NCBI GenBank assembly: GCA_035695045.1
Contig: DASSEX010000017.1
Coordinates: forward strand, 3,346 to 67,345
Direction: 5' to 3'
Origin: Mycobacteriales bacterium
GTDB taxonomy: Bacteria; Actinomycetota; Actinomycetes; JAFAQI01
Length of the DNA: 64,000 bases
Under the pieces are notes generated by a model. The model saw only the letters and a program-made list of their open reading frames with translations, did not search any database and had not been told where the DNA came from. Positions 1 through 11,657 of this stretch are shown here, one piece after another. Each line of letters opens with the position of its first letter. Positions within the stretch are counted from its first letter, which is position 1. A program made the position numbers and the translations under genes.

Positions 1-308
1 GTAGTCAATCGCTCATCGACGAGCCGCACCGGCACCGGTGCCACGGCCGCCGCGACCTTGGCGGCGTAGTCCCGAGCAGCGACGGCAGCCCGGCCCTCGG
101 CGTTGCGCAGCGACCTGGGCAGCCCGACCACCACCTCTATCGCGTCACGATCCTGTACGACGGCCGCCAGCTCGGCGATGTCGCGGTCGGCGCGTGCGTC
201 GCGGCGCAGAACCCTCACCGGCGAGGCCAGAGTGCCGGTGGCGTCACTGGCGGCGACGCCGACACGAACTGTGCCGACGTCGACCGCAACACGCACGCCT
301 GGCCGCAT
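1..308 (-). CDS. ruvX: Holliday-junction resolvase-like protein RuvX/YqgF (partial, 3' end outside window)
   Basis: The minus-strand frame is open to the window edge. ATG at 308..306 lies 15 bp downstream of the alaS stop. The translation MRPGVRVAVDVGTVRVGVAASDATGTLASPVRVLRRDARADRD fits a YqgF N-terminus, and the alaS-ruvX order is conserved. Confidence 0.7.
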   Translation of the reverse strand, partial: MRPGVRVAVDVGTVRVGVAASDATGTLASPVRVLRRDARADRDIAELAAVVQDRDAIEVVVGLPRSLRNAEGRAAVAARDYAAKVAAAVAPVPVRLVDERLT

Positions 309-322
309 CCCGGTCGGAAGCG

Positions 323-3004
323 TCACGCGCTTCCGGTGACGCGCTGCCCCACGCGATGACGGACCGCCGTGAGCGCCTCCTCGACAGACTCCGGCTTGGT
401 GCCGCCGCCCTGGGCGACGTCGTCACGACCACCGCCACCGCCACCGAGAGTGCTCGCCGCGATCCGGACGAGGTCACCGGCGGCGAGCCCCCAGCTTCGG
501 CCGATCTCATTGACCGCCACGACGACCACGGGCCGCGAGTCGTTGACCGCGGCGACCGCGACCGCGGCCGGCCGTTCGTTGCCCAGCCGGCCACGCACGT
601 CGAGCGCGAGCTTGCGCAGGTCGTCGGCCGACGTTCCGTCTGGCGCGTGATGCGTCACCACTGCAACACCGAACTCATCCGTCGCTGACGCCACCAGCGC
701 CCCGGCTTGCTCGAGAACCGCGGCGGCGCGCGACTTCTCGAGGTCCTTCTCCAGCTCGCGCACACGGGTCACCAGTGCGTGCACGCGCTCGGGCAGCTCT
801 TCGGGACGCGCCCGCAACGCGTCCGTGAGCTGGCTCACGAGCAGATGTTCACGCGCGAGAAACGTGAACGCGTCCGCTCCCACGAGCCCTTCGATCCGGC
901 GCACACCGGCGCCGATCGACGACTCGCTGAGCAGCTTGACCAAGCCGAGCTGCGTCGACCGAGCCGCGTGGGTGCCGCCACACAGCTCACGCGCATAGTC
1001 GCCGACCTCGACGACGCGCACGGAGGCGCCGTACTTCTCACCGAAGAGCGCGATCGCGCCGATCCGTCGCGCCTCGTCCTGCGTCGTGACGAACGCGTGC
1101 ACTGGCAGGTCATCGAGCAGGACGGCGTTGACCTCGCCCTCGACGTCGCCGAGGACACCTGCCGGCAGCGCCGTCGGCGAGGAGAAGTCGAACCGGAACC
1201 TGCCGGCGTCGTTGAGCGAGCCCGCCTGCGCCGCCTGCTCACCGAGCGCGCGCCGGATCGCCGTGTGCACAAGGTGGGTCGCGGTGTGCGCACGCGAGAT
1301 CGCCTTGCGGCGCATCACGTCCACGGACGCGAGAACCGGACTGCCGACGGTCAGCTCACCGGACACCACGCGTCCGCGGTGGACCACCAGGTCGCCGAGG
1401 GGCTTCTGCGCGTCGTAGACCTCGACGACCGCGCCGTCGCCGAAGGTGATCCGGCCGTGGTCGGCCAGCTGGCCGCCCGCCTCGGCGTAGAACGGCGTGC
1501 GGTCGAGGGTGAGCTCAACGTCGGTGCCCGCCGATGCCGACTGAGCCGGTACGCCGTCCACGAGGAGTCCGCGAAGGACCGCCTCCGCCTCGATCTCGGT
1601 GTAGCCCGTGAACGTCGACGGACCGCCCGCCTCGAGCAGCGAGCGGTAGACGCTCACGTCGGCATGGCCGGTCTTCCGCTCGGCGGCGTCGCGCTTCGCC
1701 CGGGTGCGCTGCTCCTGCATCAGCCGGCGAAACTCGTCCTCGTCGACGGCGAGCCCCTGCTCACGCGCCATCTCGATCGTGAGGTCGATCGGGAAGCCGT
1801 AGGTGTCGTGCAGGGTGAACGCGTCCTCGCCGGACACCGCACTCGAACCGGTCTGCTTCGCGGTGCTCGCCACCTGCTCGAAGCGCGTCGATCCGGTGCG
1901 CAGTGTCGAGAGGAACGAGTCCTCTTCCTGCGCGGCGATCGCCACGATGCGCCCCGAGTCGGCCTGCACCTCCGGGTAGCTCTCCCCCATCAACGTGCAC
2001 GCGGTGCCGACGAGCTCGCCGATCGCCGCCCGGTCGGTGCCGAGGATGCGCAGGTTGCGGATGACCCGTCGCAGCATGCGCCGCAGGACGTAACCACGCG
2101 CCTCGTTGCTGGGCACGACACCGTCGCCGATGAGCATGGTCGCGGTCCGCGTGTGGTCCGCGACCACGCGAAGGCGGACGTCCTGCTGCTCGTCGTCGCC
2201 GTAGCGCACCCCGCTGATCTGGCCCGCCTGGTCGAGCAGCGGGCGCAACAGATCCGTCTCGTAGACGTTCTCCACGCCTTGCAGGAGCGTCGCCATCCGC
2301 TCGACACCCATGCCGGTGTCGATGTTCTTCGCCGGGAGCTCCGCACGAATGTCGAAGTCTTCCTTGCTGCGAACCGCGGACAGCTCGACCTGCATGAACA
2401 CGAGGTTCCAGACCTCGAGATAGCGCTCCTCGTCCGCGACCGGACCGCCCTCGCGGCCATGTTCGCTGCCACGGTCGAAGTAGATCTCGCTGCAGGGGCC
2501 ACCGGGACCCGGAACCCCCATGTGCCAGTAGTTGTCGGCCTTGCCACGGCGCTGGACACGCTCGGCCGGCAGGCCGACCACACTCGTCCAGATCCCGAAC
2601 GCCTCGTCGTCGTCGTCATAGACGGTCGCCCAGAGCCGGTCGCCGTCGAAGCCGTAGCCACCGGACTCGACCGACGACGTGAGCAGCTCCCACGCCAGCG
2701 GGATCGCGCCCTCTTTGAAGTAGTCGCCGAACGAGAAGTTGCCGGCCATCTGGAAGAACGTGTTGTGCCGGGTCGTCGTACCGACGATGTCGATGTCCGG
2801 CGTACGCACGCACTTCTGCACGCTGGTCGCCCGCGCGTACGGCGCAGGCTCGTCACCGAGGAAGTAGGGCTTGAACGGCACCATGCCCGCGTTGACCAGC
2901 AGCAGCGTCGGGTCGTCGAGCAGCAAGGACGCGGACGGCACGACGGTGTGGCCGCGCTGTTCGAAGAAGTCGAGGAAGCGCTGCCGGATCTCGGCGGACC
3001 TCAC
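323..3004 (-). CDS. alaS: Alanine--tRNA ligase
   Basis: ORF 323..3100. The homologous N-terminus (V)[26 protein letters not shown] begins at GTG 3004. Class II AlaRS core, HTATHLVH editing-domain motif and C-terminal DHHA1-like GGGGG tail are present. The upstream 32 codons of the ORF were judged non-coding. Confidence 0.95.
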   Translation of the reverse strand: MRSAEIRQRFLDFFEQRGHTVVPSASLLLDDPTLLLVNAGMVPFKPYFLGDEPAPYARATSVQKCVRTPDIDIVGTTTRHNTFFQMAGNFSFGDYFKEGAIPLAWELLTSSVESGGYGFDGDRLWATVYDDDDEAFGIWTSVVGLPAERVQRRGKADNYWHMGVPGPGGPCSEIYFDRGSEHGREGGPVADEERYLEVWNLVFMQVELSAVRSKEDFDIRAELPAKNIDTGMGVERMATLLQGVENVYETDLLRPLLDQAGQISGVRYGDDEQQDVRLRVVADHTRTATMLIGDGVVPSNEARGYVLRRMLRRVIRNLRILGTDRAAIGELVGTACTLMGESYPEVQADSGRIVAIAAQEEDSFLSTLRTGSTRFEQVASTAKQTGSSAVSGEDAFTLHDTYGFPIDLTIEMAREQGLAVDEDEFRRLMQEQRTRAKRDAAERKTGHADVSVYRSLLEAGGPSTFTGYTEIEAEAVLRGLLVDGVPAQSASAGTDVELTLDRTPFYAEAGGQLADHGRITFGDGAVVEVYDAQKPLGDLVVHRGRVVSGELTVGSPVLASVDVMRRKAISRAHTATHLVHTAIRRALGEQAAQAGSLNDAGRFRFDFSSPTALPAGVLGDVEGEVNAVLLDDLPVHAFVTTQDEARRIGAIALFGEKYGASVRVVEVGDYARELCGGTHAARSTQLGLVKLLSESSIGAGVRRIEGLVGADAFTFLAREHLLVSQLTDALRARPEELPERVHALVTRVRELEKDLEKSRAAAVLEQAGALVASATDEFGVAVVTHHAPDGTSADDLRKLALDVRGRLGNERPAAVAVAAVNDSRPVVVVAVNEIGRSWGLAAGDLVRIAASTLGGGGGGRDDVAQGGGTKPESVEEALTAVRHRVGQRVTGSA

Positions 3005-3237
3005 TGCCGTGCACCTCCTTCGTCGACGTCGTTGAGCCCCAGCGACTCGCGGAGCTCGATCTCGCGCGCGGCGGCGAAGTGCTGCACCTCCGCCCACCAC
3101 GCGGACAGCCGCTCGCCGGCGCCTCCAGCCTGAGCGGCGATGCCTTCAGGCGTCCACTTGTTTGCCACCGCGGTCACCTTGCGCACGATGAGCACGCCGG
3201 CAGTCGCGCCGAGAGCGATGTAGAACATCCGCCTCAT
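3001..3237 (-). CDS. Small membrane protein (DUF6167-like) upstream of alaS
   Basis: 78 aa ORF with one N-terminal TM ([14 protein letters not shown]). Its stop overlaps the alaS GTG (GTGA). The position between a DUF948 protein and alaS is conserved in actinomycetes (from memory). Confidence 0.5.
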   Translation of the reverse strand: MRRMFYIALGATAGVLIVRKVTAVANKWTPEGIAAQAGGAGERLSAWWAEVQHFAAAREIELRESLGLNDVDEGGARQ

Positions 3238-3247
3238 CGCGTGGCCC

Positions 3248-3721
3248 TCACTGCCCAGACCGCGGAGCGTGCTTGCCCGCGCGCTTGGCCGCCTTGCGCG
3301 CGGTCTTCTCCGCCTTCATCTCGCGTTGGACCCGCTTGCGGACCTCTTTCTCGTTGCGCTCGCCCATGGCTCGGCGGACGCCGTACGAGAACGCGGCCAC
3401 CTTGATCGCCGGCGAACCCACCGTCGCCGCGAAGACGGCGGTAAGCGCCGACGCGTTGGAGGTGATCGACTGGACGTTGGCGGTGATCGCGTCGACCCGC
3501 TCGAGCTCCGCGTTGACGTGCACGACCGAGGTGGTGACCTCGCTCAGCAGCGGCACCGTCTGGTCGGTCACGCCGGCGACGAGCTTGCCGGCCTCGCCGA
3601 CGACGTTGCCGAGCTTGATCAGCACGAAGGCGATGAAGCAGACGAGCACCGCCCAGAAGACGGCGACGATGAGGCCGGCGACCTCGCCCCCGGACAGTCC
3701 GCCGCTCGCGAGGGTTGTCAT
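3248..3721 (-). CDS. DUF948-like membrane protein
   Basis: 157 aa with an N-terminal TM, a long helical region and a Lys/Arg-rich tail. It overlaps the rarA stop by 4 nt and has high GC3. Confidence 0.55.
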   Translation of the reverse strand: MTTLASGGLSGGEVAGLIVAVFWAVLVCFIAFVLIKLGNVVGEAGKLVAGVTDQTVPLLSEVTTSVVHVNAELERVDAITANVQSITSNASALTAVFAATVGSPAIKVAAFSYGVRRAMGERNEKEVRKRVQREMKAEKTARKAAKRAGKHAPRSGQ

Positions 3722-5139
3722 CGGCTGCGCTGCTCCTCGGTGTCGGTGTCGGTGTCGGTCGTGCGGCCGGGCTCGCCGCGCACCACCTCGCGCAGCTTTG
3801 CCAGCCGCTGGGCCACGGCCCGCTCGGCCCCTTGCTCGGAAGGACGGTAGTAGTCCCGGCCGGCGACGGTGTCAGGGGCGTACTGCTGCGTGACGACGCC
3901 GCCCGCGAAGTCGTGAGAATACCGGTATCCCTTGCCGTGCTGGAGCTTGCGCGCGCCGGCGTAGTGGGCGTCCCGCAGATGGGCGGGTACGGCGCCGGCG
4001 AGCCCTTGCCGGACGTCCGTGGTCGCTGCGTCGATCGCCCTGATGACGGCGTTGCTCTTCGGCGCGAGCGAGCAGTAGATGACGGCCTGGGCGAGGTTGA
4101 GCCGCGCTTCGGGGAGCCCGATCATCTCCAGCGCCTGCGCGGCGGCCACCGCCTGCGGCAACGCGTTGGGGTCGGCGAGGCCGATGTCCTCGCTGGCGAG
4201 GATCACGATGCGCCGGGCGATGAAGCGCGGGTCCTCGCCCGCCTCGATCATCCGGGCGAGGTAGTGCAGCGCAGCGTCCGGGTCACTGCCGCGCATGCTC
4301 TTGATGAACGCGCTGACGACGTCGTAGTGCTGGTCGCCTTCCTTGTCGTAGCGCACTGCGGCCCGGTCGACGGCCTGCTCGAGCGTGGCCAGGCCGATGA
4401 TGGCCTTGCCGAGCGCCTCGGCGGCTCCCGCGGCGGCTTCGAGCGCGGTGAGCGCGCGGCGAGCGTCGCCGGCGCCCATGCGGAGCAGGTGTTCGAGCGC
4501 CTCGTCGTCGAGAGCGACGCGCCCGCCCAGGCCCCGCTCGTCGGTCAGCGCGCGGTCGATGAGCTTGCGGATCGCCTCGTCGTCGAGCGGCTGCAGGGTG
4601 AGCAGCAGGCTCCGCGACAGCAGCGGCGAGATGACGGAGAAGAACGGGTTCTCCGTCGTGGCACCGACGAAGGTGACGAGACCGGCCTCGACCCCGGGCA
4701 GCAGCGCGTCCTGCTGACTCTTGTTGAACCGGTGCACCTCGTCGACGAACAGCACCGTGCGCTCGCCCTGCATGGCGAGCCGGTCCTTCGCCTCGTCGAT
4801 CGCCTGGCGGACGTCCTTCACGCCAGAGGTGACGGCGCTGAGCTCGACGTAGCGACGGTTGCCGGCGATCAGCCGCGCCAGCGTGGTCTTGCCGCTCCCC
4901 GGCGGGCCCCAGAGGAGGGCGGACGTCGTACCGCCTCCCTCGACCAGGCGGCGGAGCGGCGACCCCGGCCCCAGCAGGTGGTCCTGGCCGACGACCTCGT
5001 CGAGCGTCCGGGGCCGCATCCGGGCGGCGAGCGGGGCGACTGCCGCGGCGGCGTCCTCCGCCGCCGCGCCGAACAGGTCGTCCGCCACGCCGACGAGCCT
5101 AGGCGCCCCGACCCCCGTCAATCGCCACATGTCAGCCAT
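3718..5139 (-). CDS. rarA: Replication-associated recombination protein A (AAA+ ATPase, MgsA/WRNIP family)
   Basis: Walker [16 protein letters not shown], Walker [13 protein letters not shown], and a MgsA C-terminal domain ([27 protein letters not shown]). The start may lie a few codons downstream. Confidence 0.9.
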   Translation of the reverse strand: MADMWRLTGVGAPRLVGVADDLFGAAAEDAAAAVAPLAARMRPRTLDEVVGQDHLLGPGSPLRRLVEGGGTTSALLWGPPGSGKTTLARLIAGNRRYVELSAVTSGVKDVRQAIDEAKDRLAMQGERTVLFVDEVHRFNKSQQDALLPGVEAGLVTFVGATTENPFFSVISPLLSRSLLLTLQPLDDEAIRKLIDRALTDERGLGGRVALDDEALEHLLRMGAGDARRALTALEAAAGAAEALGKAIIGLATLEQAVDRAAVRYDKEGDQHYDVVSAFIKSMRGSDPDAALHYLARMIEAGEDPRFIARRIVILASEDIGLADPNALPQAVAAAQALEMIGLPEARLNLAQAVIYCSLAPKSNAVIRAIDAATTDVRQGLAGAVPAHLRDAHYAGARKLQHGKGYRYSHDFAGGVVTQQYAPDTVAGRDYYRPSEQGAERAVAQRLAKLREVVRGEPGRTTDTDTDTEEQRSR

Positions 5140-5164
5140 AGAAGGCCGCTATGTGGCGATTGGC

Positions 5165-6973
5165 TCAGTTGCGGCGCTCGTCGGGGATGACCTCGCCGCC
5201 GGGACGGTTCGGCACCGGCGCCTTCTCGTCCGGCGTGACGTCGATGCCGGCCTCCTTGCGCTGGTCGGCGGTGATCGGCGTCGGGGCGCCGGTGAGCGGG
5301 TCGCCGCCGCTGGAGGCCTTCGGGAAGGCCATCACCTCGCGGATGGCGTCGGTGCCGGCGAGCGTGGCCGCCAGCCGGTCGAGGCCGAACGCGATGCCGC
5401 CGTGCGGCGGCGGACCGTAGCGGAACGCCTCCAGCAGGAAGCCGAACTTGCTCTCGGCCTCCTCCCGGGTGAGCCCGATCGTGTCGAAGACCCGCTGCTG
5501 CATCTCGCCGCGATGGATACGAATCGACCCGCCGCCGAGCTCCATGCCGTTGCCGACGACGTCGTAGGCGCGGGCCAGCGCCGCCTCCGGGTCCTTGTGG
5601 AAGGTGTCCGCCCACTCCTCCGTCGGCGCGGTGAACGGGTGGTGCACGGCCGTCCAGCCGCCGTCGTCCGTCGGCTCGAACATCGGCGCGTCGACGATCC
5701 AGAGGAAGCTCCACTCGTCCTCGCGGACGAGCCCACGCTGACGGGCCACGGCCAGGCGCAGCGCGCCGAGCAGCTCCAGCGTCGACCGGCGCGGACCGGC
5801 CGCGAACAGGATCGCGTCACCGGGCTTGGCGCCGGCGACCTCGGGCAGCGACTGCAGGCGCTCCGGCTCGAGCTTCGTGACCGAGCCGCGCAGCTCACTC
5901 CCGTCGTCCGGCACGAGCAGCCACGCGATCCCCTTGCCGCCGCGCGAGCGCGCCCACTCCTGCCAGCCGTCGAGCTCCTTCCGCGTGTACGACGCCCCGC
6001 CGGGCACTACGACGGCGCCAACGTGCTCAGCCTGGAAGACGCGGAACTCCGTGCCCTCCATGTGTGTGGACAGGTCGACGAGGTCGAGCTCGAAGCGCAG
6101 GTCCGGCTTGTCGGACCCGTAGCGCTCCATCGACTCCCAGTAGGGCAGCCGCGGGAACGGCGTCGGCAGCTCGACGCCGAGGATCTCGCGCCACAACGTC
6201 GCGATGAGCTCTTCGGTCAACGCGAAGACGTCCTCCTCGTCGAGGAACGACATCTCGATGTCGAGCTGCGTGAACTCCGGCGTCCGGTCGGCGCGAAAGT
6301 CCTCGTCACGGAAGCAGCGCGCGATCTGGTAGTAGCGCTCGAGTCCGGCGACCATCAGCAGCTGCTTGAACAGCTGCGGCGACTGTGGCAGCGCATACCA
6401 GTGACCCGGTTGCAGGCGCACCGGCACGAGGAAGTCGCGCGCACCTTCAGGCGTCGACCGGGTGAGGTACGGCGTCTCGACATCGATGAAGTCGTGCGCC
6501 TCCATCACGCCGCGGATGATGCTGACCACCTTGGCGCGAGTGCGGATCGCCTGCGCAGGGCCGGTCCGGCGCAGGTCGAGGTAGCGATAACGCCACCGCG
6601 TCGACTCGTCGACGCCGCTGTCGATCGGGTCGGAGCCGTGGATCGGGAACGGCGGCGTCTCGCTCTCGCTGAGCACGTCGAGCGACGTCGCCACGACCTC
6701 GATGTCGCCCGTCGGCAGGTCAGGGTTGGCGTTGCCCTCGGGCCGCTCCCTGACGTCGCCGTCGATCCGGACGCACCATTCGCTTCGCAGCGCATGCGCA
6801 CGCTCCGCCTGCTCACCCTCGCGGAACACCACCTGCACGAGACCACTGCCGTCACGCAGGTCGATGAACACGACGCCGCCGTGGTCGCGCCGGCGCGCCA
6901 CCCAGCCGGTGAGCGTCACCGACGAGCCGGCGTGCTCACGGCGAAGCTCGCCGGCATGGTGCGTGCGGATCAC
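5165..6973 (-). CDS. aspS: Aspartate--tRNA ligase
   Basis: 602 aa with an N-terminal OB fold ([26 protein letters not shown]) and class II motifs ([18 protein letters not shown]; GGGSIRIH; [12 protein letters not shown]). Confidence 0.95.
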   Translation of the reverse strand: MIRTHHAGELRREHAGSSVTLTGWVARRRDHGGVVFIDLRDGSGLVQVVFREGEQAERAHALRSEWCVRIDGDVRERPEGNANPDLPTGDIEVVATSLDVLSESETPPFPIHGSDPIDSGVDESTRWRYRYLDLRRTGPAQAIRTRAKVVSIIRGVMEAHDFIDVETPYLTRSTPEGARDFLVPVRLQPGHWYALPQSPQLFKQLLMVAGLERYYQIARCFRDEDFRADRTPEFTQLDIEMSFLDEEDVFALTEELIATLWREILGVELPTPFPRLPYWESMERYGSDKPDLRFELDLVDLSTHMEGTEFRVFQAEHVGAVVVPGGASYTRKELDGWQEWARSRGGKGIAWLLVPDDGSELRGSVTKLEPERLQSLPEVAGAKPGDAILFAAGPRRSTLELLGALRLAVARQRGLVREDEWSFLWIVDAPMFEPTDDGGWTAVHHPFTAPTEEWADTFHKDPEAALARAYDVVGNGMELGGGSIRIHRGEMQQRVFDTIGLTREEAESKFGFLLEAFRYGPPPHGGIAFGLDRLAATLAGTDAIREVMAFPKASSGGDPLTGAPTPITADQRKEAGIDVTPDEKAPVPNRPGGEVIPDERRN

Positions 6974-8229
6974 GACAACCTCTTCTCGACGGTGGCGACC
7001 AGCTCGGACAGAGCGACCGCCTCCTGCTCTCCCGTGGCCAGGTCCTTCAGCTGCGCGACCCCTTCGGCCAGGTCGCGGTCACCGAGAACGATCGCAAGTC
7101 GGGCGCCGGAACGGCCCGCCGCCTTCATCGCGCCCTTCAGGCCGCGGTCGCCGTACGCCATGTCGGCGGCGACGCCACCGCGGCGCAAGCGGCCGACGAC
7201 CTTGAACAGCTCGCGCCGCGCATTCGCGCCGACCGGTACGGCGAACACCTCGGCGCTCGCGGGCGCTGCCGGCACGTCGTCCTCGGACTGCAGCGCGAGC
7301 AGCGTGCGGTCGACTCCGAGGCCGAAGCCGATGCCCGGAAGCGGTGGGCCGCCCAACGTCTCCGACAGCCCGTCGTAACGCCCGCCGCCGCCGATGCCGG
7401 ACTGCGCACCGAGGCCGTCGTGCACGAACTCGAAGGTCGTGCGCGTGTAGTAGTCGAGGCCACGGACGAGCCCCGGCGCCTCGCGCCACTCGATGCCGAG
7501 GTCGGCGAGGAAGCCACGCACGTCGTCGTAATGAGCCCGACAGGCGTCGCACAGATGGTCACCGATGAGCGGCGCGTCAGCGACCTGCTGCCGAACCTTG
7601 TCGCGCTTGTCGTCGAGCACGCGTAGCGGGTTGATCTCGACGCGTCGTCGGGTGTCCTCGTCGAGATCCAGTGCACGCAGGAACTCCTGCAGCTTCTCGC
7701 GGTACGCCGGCCGGCACTCGGCGTCGCCCAGCGAGTTGAGCTCCAGGGTGAACCGCTGCAGGCCGAGACCGCGATAGCCGTCGTACGCGACGGTGATGAC
7801 CTCCGCGTCGACGGCGGGGTCGTCGCTGCCGATCGCCTCGATGCCGACCTGGGAGAACTGGCGATAACGGCCGGCCTGTGGACGCTCGGCGCGGAAGAAC
7901 GGGCCGGCGTACCAGACCTTCACGGGCAGCTGGCCGCGGTGCAGGTTGTGCTCCAGCACAGCCCGCACGACACCGGCCGTGCCTTCCGGCCGCAGCGTCA
8001 GCGAGCGTTCGCCGCGGTCGCTGAAGGTGTACATCTCCTTGGTGACGACGTCAGTCGACTCACCGACGCCACGGGAGAACAAGGCCGTGTCCTCGAACAC
8101 CGGCAGCTCGAGGTAGCCGTAGCCGGCGAGCTTGGCGGGCGCCGCCAGACCGTCGCGCACCGCGAGCCACGCCGAGGACTCCGGCGGGACGTACTCCGCG
8201 ACGCCCTTCGGCGCCTGGAACGTGCTCAC
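6970..8229 (-). CDS. hisS: Histidine--tRNA ligase
   Basis: 419 aa with HisRS motifs ([41 protein letters not shown]). ATGA overlap with the aspS start. Confidence 0.95.
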   Translation of the reverse strand: MSTFQAPKGVAEYVPPESSAWLAVRDGLAAPAKLAGYGYLELPVFEDTALFSRGVGESTDVVTKEMYTFSDRGERSLTLRPEGTAGVVRAVLEHNLHRGQLPVKVWYAGPFFRAERPQAGRYRQFSQVGIEAIGSDDPAVDAEVITVAYDGYRGLGLQRFTLELNSLGDAECRPAYREKLQEFLRALDLDEDTRRRVEINPLRVLDDKRDKVRQQVADAPLIGDHLCDACRAHYDDVRGFLADLGIEWREAPGLVRGLDYYTRTTFEFVHDGLGAQSGIGGGGRYDGLSETLGGPPLPGIGFGLGVDRTLLALQSEDDVPAAPASAEVFAVPVGANARRELFKVVGRLRRGGVAADMAYGDRGLKGAMKAAGRSGARLAIVLGDRDLAEGVAQLKDLATGEQEAVALSELVATVEKRLS

Positions 8230-8912
8230 AGCCCCCGCCGCGGCGGCGCGACATCGGCAAGGTCGAGGAGGAACGGGTTGCTCGCCCGCTCCCGGCCGAT
8301 CGTCGTGTCCGGCCCGTGGCCGGGCCGGACCACCGTGTCGTCGGGCAGTGCGAGCGGAACCCGCCGCAGTGAGTCCTGGATCTGCTCGAAGGAGCCGCCG
8401 GGGAAGTCCGTGCGACCGATGGAGCCGGCGAAGAGCAGGTCGCCCGAGAAGAAGTCACCGTCAGACGTGAAGGTGATCGATCCCGGCGTGTGGCCCGGCG
8501 TCTCGTCCACACGCAGCGACAGACCGGCGAGGTCCAGGACCTCACCGTCGTGCAGCTCGCGAACGTCGGACGGTTCCGACCAGTCGAGCCGGCCCAGAAT
8601 CGGGGTGCCGGGAGGCGCCCCGATCGCCGACGCCGGCTCGGTGAGCATGCCGCGGTCAGCGGGATGGATGAGCGCGGGCACGTCCTTCGCCCCGCAGACC
8701 GGCACGACGGACCACGTGTGGTCCACGTGCCCGTGCGTCAGGAGTACGGCGACCGGCCGGAGCTTGTGTCGCGAGAGGACCTCGTCGAGCGGTCCTTCGG
8801 CGCCGTGGCCGGGGTCGATGACCACGCACTGCTCGCCTTCGCCCGGCGCGACGACCCAGCAGTTGGTCTGCCAAGGGCCCGCGGGGAACCCGACGACGAG
8901 CACAGACGTCAC
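8226..8912 (-). CDS. MBL-fold metallo-hydrolase (glyoxalase II-like)
   Basis: 228 aa with the THGHVDH metal motif and a downstream TPGHTPGS. 4-nt overlap with the hisS start. Confidence 0.85.
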   Translation of the reverse strand: MTSVLVVGFPAGPWQTNCWVVAPGEGEQCVVIDPGHGAEGPLDEVLSRHKLRPVAVLLTHGHVDHTWSVVPVCGAKDVPALIHPADRGMLTEPASAIGAPPGTPILGRLDWSEPSDVRELHDGEVLDLAGLSLRVDETPGHTPGSITFTSDGDFFSGDLLFAGSIGRTDFPGGSFEQIQDSLRRVPLALPDDTVVRPGHGPDTTIGRERASNPFLLDLADVAPPRRGL

Positions 8913-9037
8913 TCCTTGTGGCTTCAGGACGATTTCAGGCGAGGAGTCGAGACTATCCAGCGCGGCCGCGGCGTCGCGACGGAGAATCCTGCGCTCTCTA
9001 GACTTACCCGGGCCTATCCCGCAGATCCGGAGGTGTC

Positions 9038-9705
9038 GTGGCCACCAGCCGCCGTCGCGAACGCGAGCTTGCCCGCCGTCGCTACGAGCGGCGGCGGTTG
9101 CGCGAGATGGAGCGCCGGGCCAAGCAACGACGTCGTAACACCATCGTCGGTGCGTCTGCCGGCACGGTCGTGGTGATCGTTGCCATCGTGCTGCTCGCGA
9201 TCCACCTTGCCGGTGGGTCCAGCAAGAGCAAGAGCGCCGCGGCGCTCACGACCCCGACGCCGGCGGCGACGACGCCGAGCGCGACTCCTCCGCCGGACCC
9301 GTGCGCCGGCGTGAAGCCCACCGCGGCCGAGCTGCGCCCGAAGATGCCGAAGGTCGGCGGCACGGCGCCGAAGAAGCTCGTCGTCACCGACCTGAAGAAG
9401 GGCACCGGCACCCCCGCCAAGGCGGGCGACACGCTCTGCGTCACCTACGTCGGCGCGGACTACAAGACGGGCAAGGTCTTCGACGCGTCGTACAAGCACG
9501 GCGGCACGCCCTTCGCGGTGACGCCGCTCGGAAGCGCGCCGGTCATCAAGGGATGGAACCAAGGCCTCGTCGGCATCCGACCGGGCGGCATTCGCGAGCT
9601 CGTCATCCCGCCCGACCTCGGGTACGGCCCCAGCGGTCAACCGCCGACGATCCAGCCCAACGAGACGCTCGTCTTCCTGGTTGCGGTGCAGTCGGTGAAG
9701 CCGGC

Positions 9706-9709
<4 letters not shown>
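9038..9709 (+). CDS. FKBP-type peptidyl-prolyl cis-trans isomerase, N-terminally membrane-anchored
   Basis: GTG start, Arg-rich N-terminus, one TM (VVVIVAIVLLAI), and an FKBP core (VTYVGADYKTGKVFDASY...VIKGWNQGLVGIRPGGIRELVIPPDLGYG). Confidence 0.85.
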
Positions 9710-10397
<688 letters not shown>

Positions 10398-10401
<4 letters not shown>

Positions 10402-10457
10402 GTGCGACGTAATCCCCCTAAGTGACCATCGTCGAAGGGGGATTACGTCGCACTCAA
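10398..10457. terminator. Perfect 22-bp-stem hairpin between convergent genes (candidate bidirectional terminator)
   Basis: TTGAGTGCGACGTAATCCCCCT (10398-10419) is the exact reverse complement of AGGGGGATTACGTCGCACTCAA (10436-10457), with a 16-nt loop. The cyclophilin stop TGA (10399-10401) lies in the left arm. The patatin stop is 8 nt beyond the right arm. Confidence 0.6.
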
Positions 10458-10464
10458 CGGCTGG

Positions 10465-11577
10465 TTAGGCGCGCTGTCGCGTCTTCGCGACGCTGGTGCC
10501 GGGAGGCAGCCACTCCGGCAGCCATTCCTCGACGTGACCCGAGGGCCGGCGCAGCCGGTGCTCGGCGATGCGCGGCTGGTCGGCGAGCAGCTCCCGCAGG
10601 TTGCTCTGCGCCAGCTGCTCCGCCACGGTCACCTGCGCAGTCGACAGCACGCGATGGCGCCGCGCGGTGCTCATCATGTTGCCGCCCATCTCGGCGAGGT
10701 CCTCGGCAACAGGCTGGATGAGTACGACGGCGGTCCCCCGCTCGCGCAGCCGTCGAGCCTCCCAGCCGAGCCGTCGCCCCATCGTGCGCCGCATCCGGCC
10801 GCGGACGGCGCCGCGACCGGCCCGCGCGAGCTCCTCCGCCGTCGCCGACAGCGGGTTCAGGCAGATGACGAGGTCGAGGTCGGCACGCGCGACACAGTCC
10901 AGGTTGGACGGCGACCAGGCGCCGCCGTCGACATAGGTGCGGTCGCCGATCCGCACCGGGCGGTAGACGCCCGGCACGGCACACGACGCCGCGACTGCCG
11001 CCGACAGGTCGGCGGGCGGCGCGTCCTCACGTCCGAACACGACCCGGCGCCCCGTCGACGCGTCGGTCGCGACGATCCACAAGCCCTCATGGCCCGACCA
11101 GCCCGCGGGAGCGACCCGCTGCACCGTCTCGCGCAGCGGTCGCGTGGACATGAGCCCACGCGGCGCGAATGCCGCCGCGACGGCGCCGAGGCGATGCCGC
11201 CGGGGGTTCCGCAGCGCCCGCAGCCCGTAGCCCACCGACAGCGGGCGGAGGTCGGGAATGCCCTTGCGCCGGATGAGCACTCCGCCGGCAGAGCGGTCGG
11301 CGTCGTCGGTCGGCTCACCGTTGGCGTCGAGAAGCCCGGGGAACGACTCGCCCGCGGAGTGGGCGACCATGAACCAGGGCGGCACGCCGCATGCCAGGAG
11401 CGCCCCGATCATCGAACCGGCCGACGTGCCGACGATCACGTCGGCCGTCGCCGGGTCCCACTCGGTCAGCTCGGCGAGAGCGGCCAGACCTCCGGCCAGC
11501 CACGCGCCTCCGAGGACGCCGCCGGCGCCCAGAACGAGCCCGACACGTGGCCGATTTCCTTGTCCCACAACGCGCAC
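10465..11577 (-). CDS. Patatin-like phospholipase
   Basis: 370 aa with the oxyanion motif GLVLGAGGVLGGAW, the nucleophile elbow GTSAGS, and a distal DGG (TYVDGGAWS). Confidence 0.8.
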   Translation of the reverse strand: MRVVGQGNRPRVGLVLGAGGVLGGAWLAGGLAALAELTEWDPATADVIVGTSAGSMIGALLACGVPPWFMVAHSAGESFPGLLDANGEPTDDADRSAGGVLIRRKGIPDLRPLSVGYGLRALRNPRRHRLGAVAAAFAPRGLMSTRPLRETVQRVAPAGWSGHEGLWIVATDASTGRRVVFGREDAPPADLSAAVAASCAVPGVYRPVRIGDRTYVDGGAWSPSNLDCVARADLDLVICLNPLSATAEELARAGRGAVRGRMRRTMGRRLGWEARRLRERGTAVVLIQPVAEDLAEMGGNMMSTARRHRVLSTAQVTVAEQLAQSNLRELLADQPRIAEHRLRRPSGHVEEWLPEWLPPGTSVAKTRQRA

Positions 11578-11657
11578 GACCCCCAGCCTGCCACGACTCG
11601 GCCCGACAATCGCGCGCTCACCGCGATAGAGCGCGATCAGCCCGCGATTGGTGGGGG

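Noticed and set aside
707-3133. Very long ORFs antisense to or overlapping the called genes. Examples are 707..3133(+), 4859..7378(+), 20610..22424(-), 22405..24948(-), 34824..36938(+), 53146..54966(-) and 61700..63007(-), along with dozens of 60-300 aa frames.
   Set aside because: This is a typical artefact of very high GC, where stop codons are rare in all frames. Their translations are Arg/Ala/Pro/Gly-rich with no motifs, whereas the opposite or alternative frame carries clear family signatures (AlaRS, AspRS, S8 triad, GGDEF/HD-GYP, ThrRS, ceramidase-like, GlgX).
10465-11577. The patatin-like phospholipase could be an effector of an anti-phage signalling system (CBASS-like).
   Set aside because: It stands alone between a PPIase gene and relA. 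No cyclase, sensor, TIR/SAVED or other defence-associated partner is adjacent, and the context is conserved core synteny.
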